Under the pieces are notes generated by a model. The model searched no databases, was not told the origin of the DNA, and saw only the letters and a list, made by a program, of their open reading frames with translations. A program made the translations under genes and the position numbers. A DNA stretch of 63,997 bases, counting the filler, from Chiloscyllium plagiosum (lineage: Eukaryota), in assembly GCF_004010195.1 (NCBI RefSeq). It is 3 parts of one record of this genome, joined end to end, with 100 filler letters (N's around TTAATTAATTAA, not from the genome) between each part and the next. Parts side by side here need not be neighbours in the genome. Positions count along the whole stretch, not along the records: positions 1 to 30,840 come from NC_057712.1; 2 more parts are not named here. The stretch is one strand, 5' to 3'. Position 1 is the stretch's first letter, and each line of letters opens with the position of its first letter. This document shows positions 1-12,160 of this stretch, one piece after another.

Positions 1-1364
1 ATGGAGATGGAGAGGTTCAGGAAGGGGAGGGAGGTGTCAGAGATGGTCCAGGTAAATTTAAGGTCAGGGTGGAATGTGTTGGTGAAGTTGATGAATTGCT
101 CAACCTCCTCGCGGGAGCACGAGGTGGCACCAATGCAGTCATCAATGTAGCGGAGGAAGAGGTGGGAAGTGGTGTCGATGTAATGACGGAAGATGGACTA
201 TTCTACGTAACCAACAAAGAGACAGGCATAGCTGGGGTCCATTCGGGTGCCTATGACTACCCCTTTGGTCTGGAGGAAGTGGGAGGATTCAAAGGAGAAA
301 TTGTTAAGGGTGAGGACCAGTGTGGCCAAACGAATGAGTGTGTTGGTGGAAGGGTACTGTTGGGGACGTTGGGAGAGGAAGACTTGGAGGCCCTGGTCAT
401 GGTGAATGGAGGTGTAGAGGGTGTGGATATCCATGGTGAAGTTGAGGCGTTGGGGGCTGGGGAAACGGAAGTCTTGGAGGAGGTGAAGGGCGTGGGTGGT
501 GTCTCGAACGTATGTAGGGAGTTCCTGGACTAGGGGGGGAATAGGACAGTATCGGGGTAGGTAGAAATGAGTTCAGTGGGGCAGGAGCATGCTGAGACAA
601 TGGGTCAGCCAGGGTGATCAGGCTTGTGGATCTTGGGAAGGAGGTCGAACCAGGCAGTGCGGGGTTCCCAGACTATGAGGTTGGAAGCTGTGGGTGGGAG
701 GTCTCCTGAGGTGATGAGGTTCTGTATGGTCTGGGAGATGATGGTTTGGTGATGGGGGGTGGGGTCATGGTCGAGGGAGCGGTAGGAAGTGGTGTCCTCG
801 AGTTGGCGTCTGGCTTCAGCGGTGTAGAGGTCAGCGCGCCAGACTACCACTGCGTCCCCTTTATCTGCTGGCTTGATGGCGAGTTCGGGATTGGAGGGCT
901 GCGTGTTGAGGGTGAGTGGCTGGAGTGGGGGAGGGGGAAGAGACAGGTTGAGGCAGTTAATGTCCCAGCGGCAGTTGGAGATGAAGAGGTCGAGGGTGGG
1001 TAATAGGCCAGCACGGGGTGTCCAGGTGGATGCAATGTGTTGGAGGTGGGTGAAGGAGTCCTCGGAAGGTTGGCGGGAGTCCTGATTGTGAAAGTAAGCT
1101 CGGAGGCGGCGGAAGAAGTGTTCGACGTCACGGTGTGTATTAAATTCATTGATGCATGGGCGGAGGGTGATGAAGGTGAGTCCTTTGTTGAGGACTGATT
1201 GTTCGTCCTCAGTGAGGGGGAGGTCTGGAGGGATGGTGAAAACTCGGCAGGGCTGGGAGCTAGGATCTGGTGTGGGTGTGGAGCTGGGAGTGGGGGCGGA
1301 GCCAGTAACTGGAGTGGGTGTGGTGGTGGGGGGAATGGAGGTGGAGTCATGAGCAGGTGTGGTG
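1..1364 (-). mobile_element. Penelope-like retroelement reverse transcriptase region (degenerate; runs into an N gap)
   Basis: Minus frames give IKPADKGDAVVVW, LPKIHKPDHPG, MDIHTLYTSI, LVLTLNNFSF..FLQTKGVVIGTRMDPSYACLFVGYVE and a YIDD motif, all typical of PLE RT. Confidence 0.85.
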
Positions 1365-2020
1365 NNNNNNNNNNNNNNNNNNNNNNNNNNNNNNNNNNNN
1401 NNNNNNNNNNNNNNNNNNNNNNNNNNNNNNNNNNNNNNNNNNNNNNNNNNNNNNNNNNNNNNNNNNNNNNNNNNNNNNNNNNNNNNNNNNNNNNNNNNNN
1501 NNNNNNNNNNNNNNNNNNNNNNNNNNNNNNNNNNNNNNNNNNNNNNNNNNNNNNNNNNNNNNNNNNNNNNNNNNNNNNNNNNNNNNNNNNNNNNNNNNNN
1601 NNNNNNNNNNNNNNNNNNNNNNNNNNNNNNNNNNNNNNNNNNNNNNNNNNNNNNNNNNNNNNNNNNNNNNNNNNNNNNNNNNNNNNNNNNNNNNNNNNNN
1701 NNNNNNNNNNNNNNNNNNNNNNNNNNNNNNNNNNNNNNNNNNNNNNNNNNNNNNNNNNNNNNNNNNNNNNNNNNNNNNNNNNNNNNNNNNNNNNNNNNNN
1801 NNNNNNNNNNNNNNNNNNNNNNNNNNNNNNNNNNNNNNNNNNNNNNNNNNNNNNNNNNNNNNNNNNNNNNNNNNNNNNNNNNNNNNNNNNNNNNNNNNNN
1901 NNNNNNNNNNNNNNNNNNNNNNNNNNNNNNNNNNNNNNNNNNNNNNNNNNNNNNNNNNNNNNNNNNNNNNNNNNNNNNNNNNNNNNNNNNNNNNNNNNNN
2001 NNNNNNNNNNNNNNNNNNNN

Positions 2021-2925
2021 TCCTGGGGATTTATCCACTTTTACGTGTTTCAAGACATCCAGCTCTTCCCCCTCTGTAATATGGACATTTTTCAAGATGT
2101 CACCATCTATTTCCCTACATTCTATATCTTCCATGTCCCTTTCCACAGTAAATACTGATGCAAAATACTCATTTAGTATCTGCCCCATCTCCTGTGGCTC
2201 CATACAAAGGCTGCCTTGCTGATCTTCGAGGGGCCCTATTCTCTCCATATTCTTAATGTATTTGTAAAAACCCTGTGGATTCTCCTTAACTCTATTTACT
2301 AAAGCTATCTCATGTCCCCCTTTTGCCCTCCTGATTTCCTTCTTAAATAGACTCATACTGCCTTTATACTCTTCGAAGGATTCACTCGATCTCTTCTGTC
2401 TATTCCTGACATATGCTTCCTTCTTTTCCTTAACCAAACCCTCAATTTCTAGTCATCCAGCATACCTTATACCTACCAGCCTTTCCTTGCACCCTAACAG
2501 GAATACACTTTCTCTGGATTCTCGTTATCTATTTCTGAAAGCTTCCCATTTTCCAGCCGTCCCTTTACCTGCGAACATCTGTCCCCAATCAGCTTTTGAA
2601 AGTTCTTGCCTAATACCGTTAAAATTGGCCTTCCTCCATTTTAGATCTGGTCGATCCTTTTCCATCACTATTTTAAAACTAATAGAATTATGGTTGCTGG
2701 CCCCAAAGTGCTCCCCCACTGACACCTCAGTTACCTGCCCCCTGCCTTATTTCCAAAGAGTAGGTCAAAGTTTGCACCTTCTCTCATAGATACATGAACA
2801 TACTGAATCAGAAAAATTTGTTGTACACACTTAACAAATTCCCCTCCATCTAAACCCTTAACACTATGGCAGTCCAATCTATGCCTGGAAAGTTAAAATC
2901 CCCTACCATAACCACACTATTATTT
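2021..2925 (-). mobile_element. CR1-type LINE fragment (endonuclease to RT linker)
   Basis: GEHFGASNHNSISF, EIRRAKGGHE...KENPQGFYKYI, LNEYFASVFT, KVDKSPG motifs. Confidence 0.85.
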
Positions 2926-3086
2926 ATTTCAAATTGCATTTGTTCTTCAAATAAGTTTTGAATCTCATATTTCTTCATTCGCATGTATGCGCTTTCTATC
3001 CCTTAAAGTAACAAAAAAAAGATTTGCTTCCATTCTGTTTCCTCACAGTCTGTTACAAAGCATTTGCAAAGTTCCAAAGTAAGCTT

Positions 3087-3320
3087 CGAGGAGAAAGTGA
3101 GGTCTGCAGATGCTGGAGATCAAAGTTGAAACTTTATTGCTGGAACAGCACAGCAGGTCAGGCAGCATCCAGGGAACAGGAGATTCGACGTTTCGGGCAC
3201 AGGCCCTTCCTCAGGAATTCCTCACAATTCCTGAGGAAGGGCCTGTGCCTGAAACGTCGAATCTCCTGTTCCCTGGATGCTGCCTGACCTGCTGTGCTGT
3301 TCCAGCAATAAAGTTTCAAC
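3087..3320. mobile_element. Hairpin (inverted pLTR) Penelope-derived mini-element
   Basis: Near-perfect ~95-bp inverted arms; 14-bp TSD TCCAAAGTAAGCTT at 3073-3086 and 3321-3334. Confidence 0.85.
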
Positions 3321-3494
3321 TCCAAAGTAAGCTTATACTGTGATCATCTATAAAGATCTATCAATATGCAATTTGTCTGAGAACTGAAGGTTCATACATA
3401 TGTATTTATTGTAAGAGATACTGCTTAATGAGTAACAGCTGGATCTGCCATAGGTCTTTATTTTTAAAAATCAACCAGTTCAGATGCATTAAGT

Positions 3495-3850
3495 TTCTGG
3501 AACAGGTGAGATTTGTACCTGGGCCTCCTGGCTCAGAAATTGGGACACTATCACTGAACCATATCACCCTGTTGAACTTGCCTTAGACATTTTCTGAGCA
3601 CAATTGAGTTACCTGACTTTGATTTCTTCTAACCTGTTCATATAAGTAATTAAATGCCTCTTGAGTAGGTATAACATGAACTTGGGCCTCCTGGTTCAAA
3701 GGTAAGGACACTACCACTGCATCACAACAGCCTGTATACCCTACCTTAGATAGTTTCTAATCTGTCTGTTCAGAGATATTACAACATACTTTGGAGCAGG
3801 TGGGGCATGAACCCAAGTTCAGAGGTAGGGACACTATCATTGCACCATAA
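3495..3850 (-). repeat. Three tandem degenerate tRNA-like/SINE head units
   Basis: Recurring plus-strand motif gagcaggtg..gaacctgggcctcctggctcagaggtagggacactaccactgcaccac; its reverse complement has A-box-like (TGGTGCAGTGG) and B-box-like (GGTTCAAGTCC) motifs. Confidence 0.5.
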
Positions 3851-3884
3851 GAATTGTCCAAACCTGTACAGACAACTTTCTTTC

Positions 3885-4665
3885 AAATTGATAGCCAAAT
3901 CCAATACCCATGAGGATGGCTTAAACTGGGACCTTGGGTTCATGTCACGCTACAGGTGACCCCACTACACTGTACGCTCTCACATTCACACACAAGCACA
4001 TGTACACACTCTCTTAAATACTCACACTCACGCAGACCTTCTCTCATACACATGCTCTCTCAGGAGCACACACACTCTCACATGTAAACACTCATACTCT
4101 CTGTCCCTCATGTGCATGCAGACACACAGTTCTATGGTGTGAATTTGCATTTGCAGATACATTCTATTTTGTTCATAAAGCACACTATCTGTAGGCAGTC
4201 AATTTTTTTATAATTCACATGACATTTTATAAATTCCAACTTTGCAAACAGTACCAGCCTGATTCAAGATTGGAATACATACAGACTCTAACCTCACATC
4301 TTTAATGCATTGTCTGAGCAGAGATGTCGCTTTCTTTAAAATATAAAACCTTAAATTATCTCAGGGATGTGGCTTGAAAGAAGTTCAGGGATTTACATTT
4401 TAATGAATCAAAACCTACAACCAATTCTAAAAGATGAAAGACCTTAGAGCAATCTAGGTTTGATCAATATATCGCATCAGCGTATGACACTATGATCTTT
4501 TGCTACAAATTCTGTGTCCTCTGATCCTACTCCACTAGTTACCTGATAAAGGAGCAATGCTCTGAAAGATTGTACTTCCAAATAAATCTGTTGGACTATA
4601 ACCTGGTGTCGTGTGATTTTTAACTTTGTCCACCCCAGTCGAACATAGGTACCTCCACATCATTT
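3885..4665 (+). mobile_element. 3' end of a second Penelope-like family (GIY-YIG C-terminus, CA-rich tract, pLTR)
   Basis: LIAKSNTHEDGLNWDLGFMSRY-type terminus; ends in cctgataaaggagcaatgctctgaaag...ctgttggactataacctggtg. The same 3' region recurs at 49200-49660. Confidence 0.65.
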
Positions 4666-4825
4666 CAAATTGAGGATACCTCAGATAAATTGCCTTTCCT
4701 GCTATGGCAATCAGCTCACAACACATGCTTAGAACTGGACTTGAGGTTCCTGGCTTATATGATTCTGTTATTCAGTTTGACAGGACGTTAGAGCATCTTT
4801 CTGATTGTTTATATTCACAACTTAC

Positions 4826-4982
4826 TTGATTAAGTATTCAAACTGTTCCTTGTGATCTGAACAGCCAAAGTCAGTGGTCCACGCATGTCCGATAGTAAAC
4901 TTATGGAATTTAAGCATATCCATAACTCCAACCTGCACTACTGCACAGCCAAAGAGGTCAGGTCGCTGGTTGACGCAAGCCG
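4826..4982 (-). CDS. PREP: Prolyl endopeptidase (prolyl oligopeptidase) internal coding exon, 157 bp, penultimate exon
   Basis: Manual minus-strand translation (A)[51 protein letters not shown](K) closely matches vertebrate PREP. Acceptor ctctttttcAG, donor GTAAGT; phase fits the 9941-10072 exon. Confidence 0.96.
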
Positions 4983-5127
4983 CTGAAAAAGAGTGTGAGA
5001 TTGAGAAACATAAGCAAGTAGGTGGGATTAGTTTAGTTTTGGATTATGGTCGGCATGGACTGATTGGACCGATGGGTCTGCTTCCATATTGTATGATTCT
5101 ATAAGAATGGTCAAAATTAACTTAAAG

Positions 5128-5346
5128 TGAGGAGAAAGTGAGGATTGCAGATGCTAGAGATCAGAGTTAAAAAGTGTGGTGCTAGAAAAGCACAGCCGGT
5201 CACGCAGCATCCGAGGAGCAGGAGAATCGACGTTTCCAGCATAAGGTCGGACGACAACATTCCTGATGAAGAGCTTATGCTTGAAATGTCGACTTTCCTG
5301 CTCCTTGGATGCTGCCTGACTGGCTGTGCTTTTCCAGCACCACACT
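5128..5346. mobile_element. Hairpin Penelope-derived mini-element
   Basis: Inverted arms (aaaagcacagc..cagcatcc / ggatgctgcc..gctgtgcttttcc) with central ctgatgaagagcttatgcttgaaa. Confidence 0.75.
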
Positions 5347-6364
5347 TTAAAGTAGCTTGGCACACGTTATCCTGATATATCCACATAAACATGCAGAAAG
5401 GCCTTCATGAACTTGTTATATGTAATTAGTTATGCAGTAATCATCTAAAGCATGTTTAAAGATAACTCTTCATTGCATCTAAAACAACACTGAAAATCGA
5501 ATATCCTTCTTTGCACAGTTTAGTTTCTGATTATTCATTTCTTTAACAAGATGTCATTTTTCAGAAATTGTATCATTTGAGTCATTTTATCGCAGATATT
5601 TCTAGTTTGACATGCCAACAGGATCCCAATTGAGCCAATGAAATGCATCACAAATTTATCAATATTTCCCTTTTGATAAGGAAGTAGGTATAATAAATGT
5701 GGAGCTTAATTACATCCTCCTCCTTCCTTAGAATCAATCTAGATGCAATATCAGCTTTTATTTGGAAATAATAATCTTGAATAACATTTTTGAGGTAGCA
5801 ATGCTAGTTCTGTTAAAATGAACACATATTTATAATGCAAACTATCAGCAGGCAACATTTTAAAGTCAGATATAACAAAGCCAGCAAATGGGTAAAACCC
5901 TCATTATTAATTTCAACAAAGAAAATGATTTTCTGTGTGTTAGATGTAGACATCATAAATTTATCTATCCATTTTTTGGAATCTCGTTGGTTCAGCTTTC
6001 ATTGAAAACTGAACAAACATTGCTCATAGTCATTCTTATGCAATAATTTCCACCCCTAGCTCTTGTACTCACTTCATATTTCCCAGTCAGGTGCATGCTA
6101 ATAGGATTTAACAAATTACAACTTACCTGTTACAGCCACCACCAGCATCAGCATGTTGTACTGTACAGCTTATTCTATATAAATCATTTAAATTTATCAA
6201 CTGAAATTTCTAGTGTACAAGAATGAAATATATTGAAACACTATGAAATATATTTATCTACTTGTCCCTTTTGTCTTTTAATTCATTAAAACTTTCAATT
6301 AAAAGCCACAATCACTTTCAAAACTAATGTTGAACATGTTTTGCCAAAACTTATGATTCAGTTA

Positions 6365-7193
6365 TGTGTGTGTTGCTGGAAAAGCACAGCAGGCCACCTA
6401 CAAATGGGCCCCACCACCAGGGATAGATTTCCCTCCCCACCCCTATCCGCAAAGATCATTCCCTCCGCAACTGCCAGGGCAGGTCCATGCCCACTAACCT
6501 GCGCCCACACCTCCCCCTTATCTCTGTCCAAGGCCCCAAAGGAGCCTTCCACACTTATGAAAGTTTCACGTGCAGTTCCACACATCATTTATTGTATCCA
6601 TTGCTCCCGATGCGGTCTCCTCTACACTGGGGAGACTGGATGCCTTCTCGCAGAGCGCTTTAGAGAACATCTCTGGGATACCGCACAAATCAACCCCACC
6701 GCGCCCCTGGTCGAACATTTCAACTCCCCATCCTACTCTGCCGAGGACATGCAGATCCTGGGCCTCCTCCCTCACCACCTGATGCCTGAAGGAAGAACGT
6801 CTTATCTTCTGTCTCGGGACCCTTCAACTCCAGGGCATCAATATAGACTTCCCCAGTTTCATCATTTCCCCTCTCCCCACCTTATCCAAGTTCCAACCTT
6901 CCAGGTCAGCAGTATCCTCATGACCTATCCCACCTATCTGCTCCACCCTCCTCTCTGACCTATCACCTTTACCCCCACCTCCATCTACCAACTGCACTCT
7001 CAGCTATCTTCTCCCCAGTCCCAGCCCCCTCCCATTTATCTCTCCACCCCCAAGGCTCCACCATCATTGCTGATGGAGGGCTCCGGCCCGAAATGTCGAC
7101 TCTCCAGCTCCTCGGATGCTGCCTGACCTGCTGTGCTTTTCCAGCAACACACCGTCAACTCTGATCTCCAGCATCTGCAGACCTCATTGAATC
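6365..7193 (+). mobile_element. 5'-truncated Penelope-like element with GIY-YIG endonuclease remnant and pLTR
   Basis: IIYCIHCSRCGLLYTGETG..LAERFREHL..EHFNSPS; short inverted pLTR at the 5' end; 15-bp TSD CTTATGATTCAGTTA at 6350-6364 and 7194-7208. Confidence 0.85.
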
Positions 7194-7949
7194 CTTATGA
7201 TTCAGTTAGCGCATTCTGAACTGTGCAATCAGAACATATATATACATCCAGCTTCCAAGAAAACATTAAATTTGGTTATCACTGTAAGACAGTAATGAAT
7301 GATAAATGACAGATGATGAACAATGAAAGGCAAATTTGTCATTAGTACATTTTAAACACTAACTGTTTTCCTTTCCAGATCACACTGATAGCTCACATTC
7401 TTTGGTTGCAATTTTTTGCCCACCTCAAGGTGCCCATATGTAATAGCAGTTATTGGCCTTTTTCTCAATTGTAGATGAGAAAGATAGCCTTGCAGGGGCA
7501 ACAAGGATAGGTAATAAATGTGGCCTTTCCAATACTGCCTATATTTGTGAATAAATTTAAAAAGTAGCATTTCTGATATCACCAAATAAATGATTTAGCA
7601 AAATAACATCACTACGGTATCTGACTAGAAGTATGATATAGCTCTTTGGTGGTATGCATATTGTTTGCACTTGTGACAAAACTCAAAATCAGTTATTAAA
7701 GTTACAATTTTTGGTTTGTGTGAACTCTTTGTAAAATAAAAGCTGGCTTTAATATTGCAGAATGGCAGATCTCTGCCTCTCCACACAAAGTGTTTGAGAG
7801 TATTAAACAGGCTTCTGTTAATTCAACCTGCTAAGGTTTTTCTTTTTCCAATCACTCTTTGTATTGTTGGAAAGTATAATCATCAAGAGCACCTTACCAT
7901 GGGAATCCCCTTCAATGCATTATATAACAATTAGTATTGGGTTGTATGA

Positions 7950-9250
7950 GACCACAAGAAATAGAAACAGGAGTGGCCATTTGGTCTACTCTGCCATTTA
8001 ATAAGATCATGACCAATCCGGCATTCCTTGTAACCATGTTCCTGCCTTTTCCTCATAACCTTTGATTCCCTGACTGAGCAAGGATCTTTCTATCTCAGCC
8101 TTAAATATACTCAAGCACTCTCTGGCATGAAATTCCAAAGACTTACATCCCTCTGAAAGAAGAAATTTCTGTGCACCTCAGTCTTAAATTGGCTGCCCTT
8201 AATTCTGACTCTGCCCTTTGATTCAAGACCCTCCTATGATGAGAAGCATCATCTCAGCATTTACCCTATCAAGCCCCTTAGAAATGCTATACATTTCAAT
8301 GAGATCACCTCTCATTCTGCTAAACTCTAACGAGTCACAACCTTATAATCTTTGCTTATAAGACAATCCCTTCATACTGGGGAGCAATCTAGTGAACCTT
8401 CTCTGAAATGTGTTCAATGAAATAATATATTTCCTTAAATAAGGGGACCAAACTGCTCACAGTTCTCCAGATGTAGTCTCACCAGCACCTTGTACAGTAA
8501 GACTTCCCTATTTTTATTCCCCAATTCTGTTGAGATAAGGACCAACATTTCATTAGCTCTGTGATTATCTGATGCACCTCTGTGCTAGCTTTGTGTTTCA
8601 TGCACAAGTATCCCCAAGCCCCTTTGTGTTCCACCTTTCTGTAGTTTTTCTCCATTTAAATAATACTGTTCTTTTATTATCCCTTCCAAAATGAACAACT
8701 TCACATTTTACCACATAGTACTCCATTTGCCAACTTTTTAAACCCCTCAATATCTCTCTGTAAACTGTTTGTATCCCTGTCACAACCTGCCTTTCTACCT
8801 ATTTGTGTATCGTCTGCAAATATGCTAACAAGTACATTTGTTTCCTTCCTCAAAATCACTAATATATATTATAAACGGTAGCAGTCCCAGACGGATGTCT
8901 GTGGAACCCCAGGTTAGTGACAGGTGTCACTAACCTGAAAAGGAATGCTTATTGCACACTCACTGTTTCCTGCTCAATAGCCAATTCTCTATTTACCCCA
9001 GTACACTACTCCCAACAGCTTGTGCTCTTATGTTGTGACTTAAACTTTTCGAGATACCCTGTTAAGCATGTTCTAGAAGTCCACATGTATTGCCTCTATG
9101 GGTTCATCTCTATCCACTCTGGTTGAGACTTCCTCAAAAAACTCTAATAAATTAGTCAGACATGATTTCCTTTTTGTGAAGCTACGCTGACTGTGCTTGA
9201 ATAGATTATGATTTTCCAAATGTTCTGCTATTATCTCCTTAATAATTCAT
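7950..9250 (-). mobile_element. CR1-type LINE 3' fragment
   Basis: WQMEYYVVKCEVVHFG motif and CR1-like 3' tail; many stops. Confidence 0.75.
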
Positions 9251-9940
9251 AGAATCCCAACAGTGAAGATACAGGCCATTCAGCCTTTTGAGTCTGCACT
9301 GACCCATCAAAGAGCACCCCACATGGAAAGTAACATGAGAATCCACTGTGATAAAATAATGGAGTAATATTTAAAAATAAAACTTGCTATAAAATCATAT
9401 AAATTGTAGCTTTCTTTGTAAAGTTTTTTTTTGCACTTCATTCCTCATGAATGCATGACAAATAAGCTTTGATTTTATTGTTTTTTTTAGCAATTTGTAT
9501 GTTCTGTACTGCCAAGCAATTAATAGCAAAATGAAGTAACAGCATTACTGTATATGGATTGAAGACAAAAACAGAAAACCACTGGAAATATTCAGCAAGT
9601 CAGACAGCATCACAAGTCAATGTTTTACAGCTGAACCCTTTCTCAGAACAGAGGTTTGGATAAAACTTATTTTTATGTCCTGTAATTGCACAATGTGATT
9701 CAATTAATTGGAAGAAAAAATGTCTCAATTCAATTTTATGGATACCTTGATGAATTTGAATTTGAGTAATAAAACATTCCCAAAAAAGCTTACGAGGAGC
9801 TGACAAACAATAAACCATACTCACTACCGCTCTTTCACCCTTCCTCCTCAAGCTATACCTTGAAGTCCCTGTAGTTAGAACAGTAACATTTATCATTCTT
9901 TATTTGTTAAATCAACATATAAAAAGTCACACCAACATAC

Positions 9941-10072
9941 CCACTAATAGACCACCATTAGAACCTCCATTAATGGTCAGTTTCTTTGAACTAGTGTAGC
10001 CCTTTTCGATGAGAACTTCGGCAGCTCGTTGAAAGTCATCAAAACAATTTTGCTTGTTTTCCAGCATACCTC
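9941..10072 (-). CDS. PREP: Prolyl endopeptidase internal coding exon, 132 bp, with the catalytic Ser motif
   Basis: Translation (G)[43 protein letters not shown] contains the S9A nucleophile motif GGSNGG. Acceptor ctttgtAG, donor GTATGT; phase 1-1. Confidence 0.96.
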
Positions 10073-10394
10073 CTACAAAGAGGGCACAGATTGATTTTAG
10101 TTAAAATGCTATAATCATTTGATCAGTTTCAAATGGTCAATCAACACTATTTCAGTAATTAATTAAATGACAAATGTTATCCATTTACAATTTATCCAGC
10201 TACTCTACATCAGAAATGACAAGAACTGAAGTATACACTTTAACATCTTCCTTCCCTAAAGTGACAAAGTGTACCTTACAAGAGACATGAATAGGCAGAG
10301 AATAGAGGGATATGGACGATGTGTAGGGAATGGGATTAAAGTAGCACCATGATCAAAGGTGGGCCGAAGGGCCTGTTCCTATGCTGTACCGTTC

Positions 10395-12160
10395 TATGGT
10401 CTATCCCAAAGATAATAGATATGCAAGGTGCTAATGGAAGGAATAACCTCGTAATAGTCTCTATCAAGAGGGGCAAAGTCTTTGACAAACTAATGGGACT
10501 AAAACCAGACAAGTCATCAAAACCTGATGGGTTTTAAAGGAAGTGACTACAGAGGTAGTGGAGGCATTGGTTGAAATATTCCATAGAAACATAGAAGAGC
10601 AGGAGTAGGCCGTTTAACCCCTTGAGCCTGCTCCGCCGCTCATTATGATCATGGCCGATCATCGAGCTCAATACCCTAATCTTGTCCTCCCCATACTAGA
10701 ACTCACTGGATTCAAGGGAATTCCAAAGGATTTGAAAACTGCTAATGTGCAGTTCAAGAAGGGAGGGAAAACTGCTTGTTCAAGAAGGGAGGGAAACAGA
10801 AAGCAGGAAAATAAAATTCCAGAATTCACTGGAATCCAGAGGATTGGAAAACTAAAGCGACGTCCTCTTCAAGAAATGAGAAAGCAGGAAAATGTAGGTA
10901 AATAAGCATATTATCTGATACTGGAGAAAATATTAAGAGTTCATTATGAAGGAAGAAATAGTGGATATTTAGAAAAGCTCAACACAATCAAACAGGGTCA
11001 ACATGATTTCCAGAAGGCATGTGATAAGGAGCCACACAAAAGATTATTGCATACAATAGGAGATCATGGTATTGAAGATTGCTCATTATGCAGAAGACAG
11101 AACATCAGGATTAATGGGTGTTTTTTAGGTTGTAAAGACAAGGATCCCATGAGGAGCAGTCCTAGGCCCTCAATTATTTCCATCTACAATAACGACTTAG
11201 ATGAGGGACAATGTGTAATGTATCCTAATTTGCTGATAACACAAATGGGTGAGAAGGCATGTTGTGATGAGGACATAAGAAATTTTCAAGGGCATATATA
11301 TATATATATTTTCTATATGTATATATATTATATATACATACATAGATACACATTTAGCAGATGGAGTTTAATGTTGGAAAATGTGAGGTCATCCAATTTG
11401 AAAGGATGAATCAAACATAATTATTATTTAAATGGAGAGAGGTTCCAAATGTGAAATGCAGAGGTGCCTGGGTACTATTATGCATGAAACACAAAACAAT
11501 AGCATGCATATAATTAAGTAGTAATTAATGCAATAATTAAGAAGGCAAATGGAGTTTTGACCTTTTTTGCTAGGGTATTGGAGTTTAAATGTCGGGAAGT
11601 CTTGCTGTAACTGTGCAGTGTGTTGGTGAGTTTCGGTCCCTGTTTTTAAGATAGAATGTAGTGGAATTAGAGGCAGTTAAAAAGAGATTCAGCAGGCTGA
11701 TTTCTGGGGTAAAAGAGTTGACTTACTAAGAATGACAAAACAGACCAGACCCTTAGTCATTAGAGTTTAGAAGAAAAAGTTTAGAAGAGGGTTGATTTTA
11801 TTGAAACACAAGATTCTGAGGGGACTTGACAGGGTAGATGTTGAGAAGATGTTTCCACCAGTGGGAGAATCTTAAATTAGGGAACATAATTACGAAATAA
11901 GGATGTTCATTTAAAACTGAGATGCAAAGGAATGTTTTCCCTCAGAGGATAGCAAATGCCTGGAATTCTGTAACCTAGGGAATTGTGGAAACTAGTTCAC
12001 TGAAAGTACTTAAAAAGGTGGTAGCCATATTTGTATTGAGGGCCAGGAGGCATTAACATAAAAGAAGAGTTAATGCCCTGGTAGATCAATCATTACCTTA
12101 ATAAATGGTGGGGCAGGCTTGAGGGTTCGAATGGCTTACTCTAGCTCCTATTTCTTACCT
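10395..12160 (+). mobile_element. Degenerate CR1-type LINE with small internal duplications and a TA-rich tract
   Basis: KLMGLKPDKSSKPDG and RT C-terminal remnants; 3' tail gagggttcgaatggcttactctagctcctatttctta. Confidence 0.7.

Noticed and set aside
605..2437. 610-aa ORF and other long ORFs crossing N runs (also 50395-51174)
   Set aside because: Artefacts of reading through Ns; 605-2437 fuses a CR1 fragment to a Penelope fragment.
3495..3850. CRISPR-like or functional tRNA gene array
   Set aside because: Vertebrate context, highly degenerate units, no cas genes and no intact cloverleaf evident.
6127..6160. Possible cryptic minus-strand exon in a PREP intron ending CAG|GTAAGT
   Set aside because: Strong donor but no polypyrimidine acceptor, and it would shift the frame; the flanking PREP exons already join in frame.
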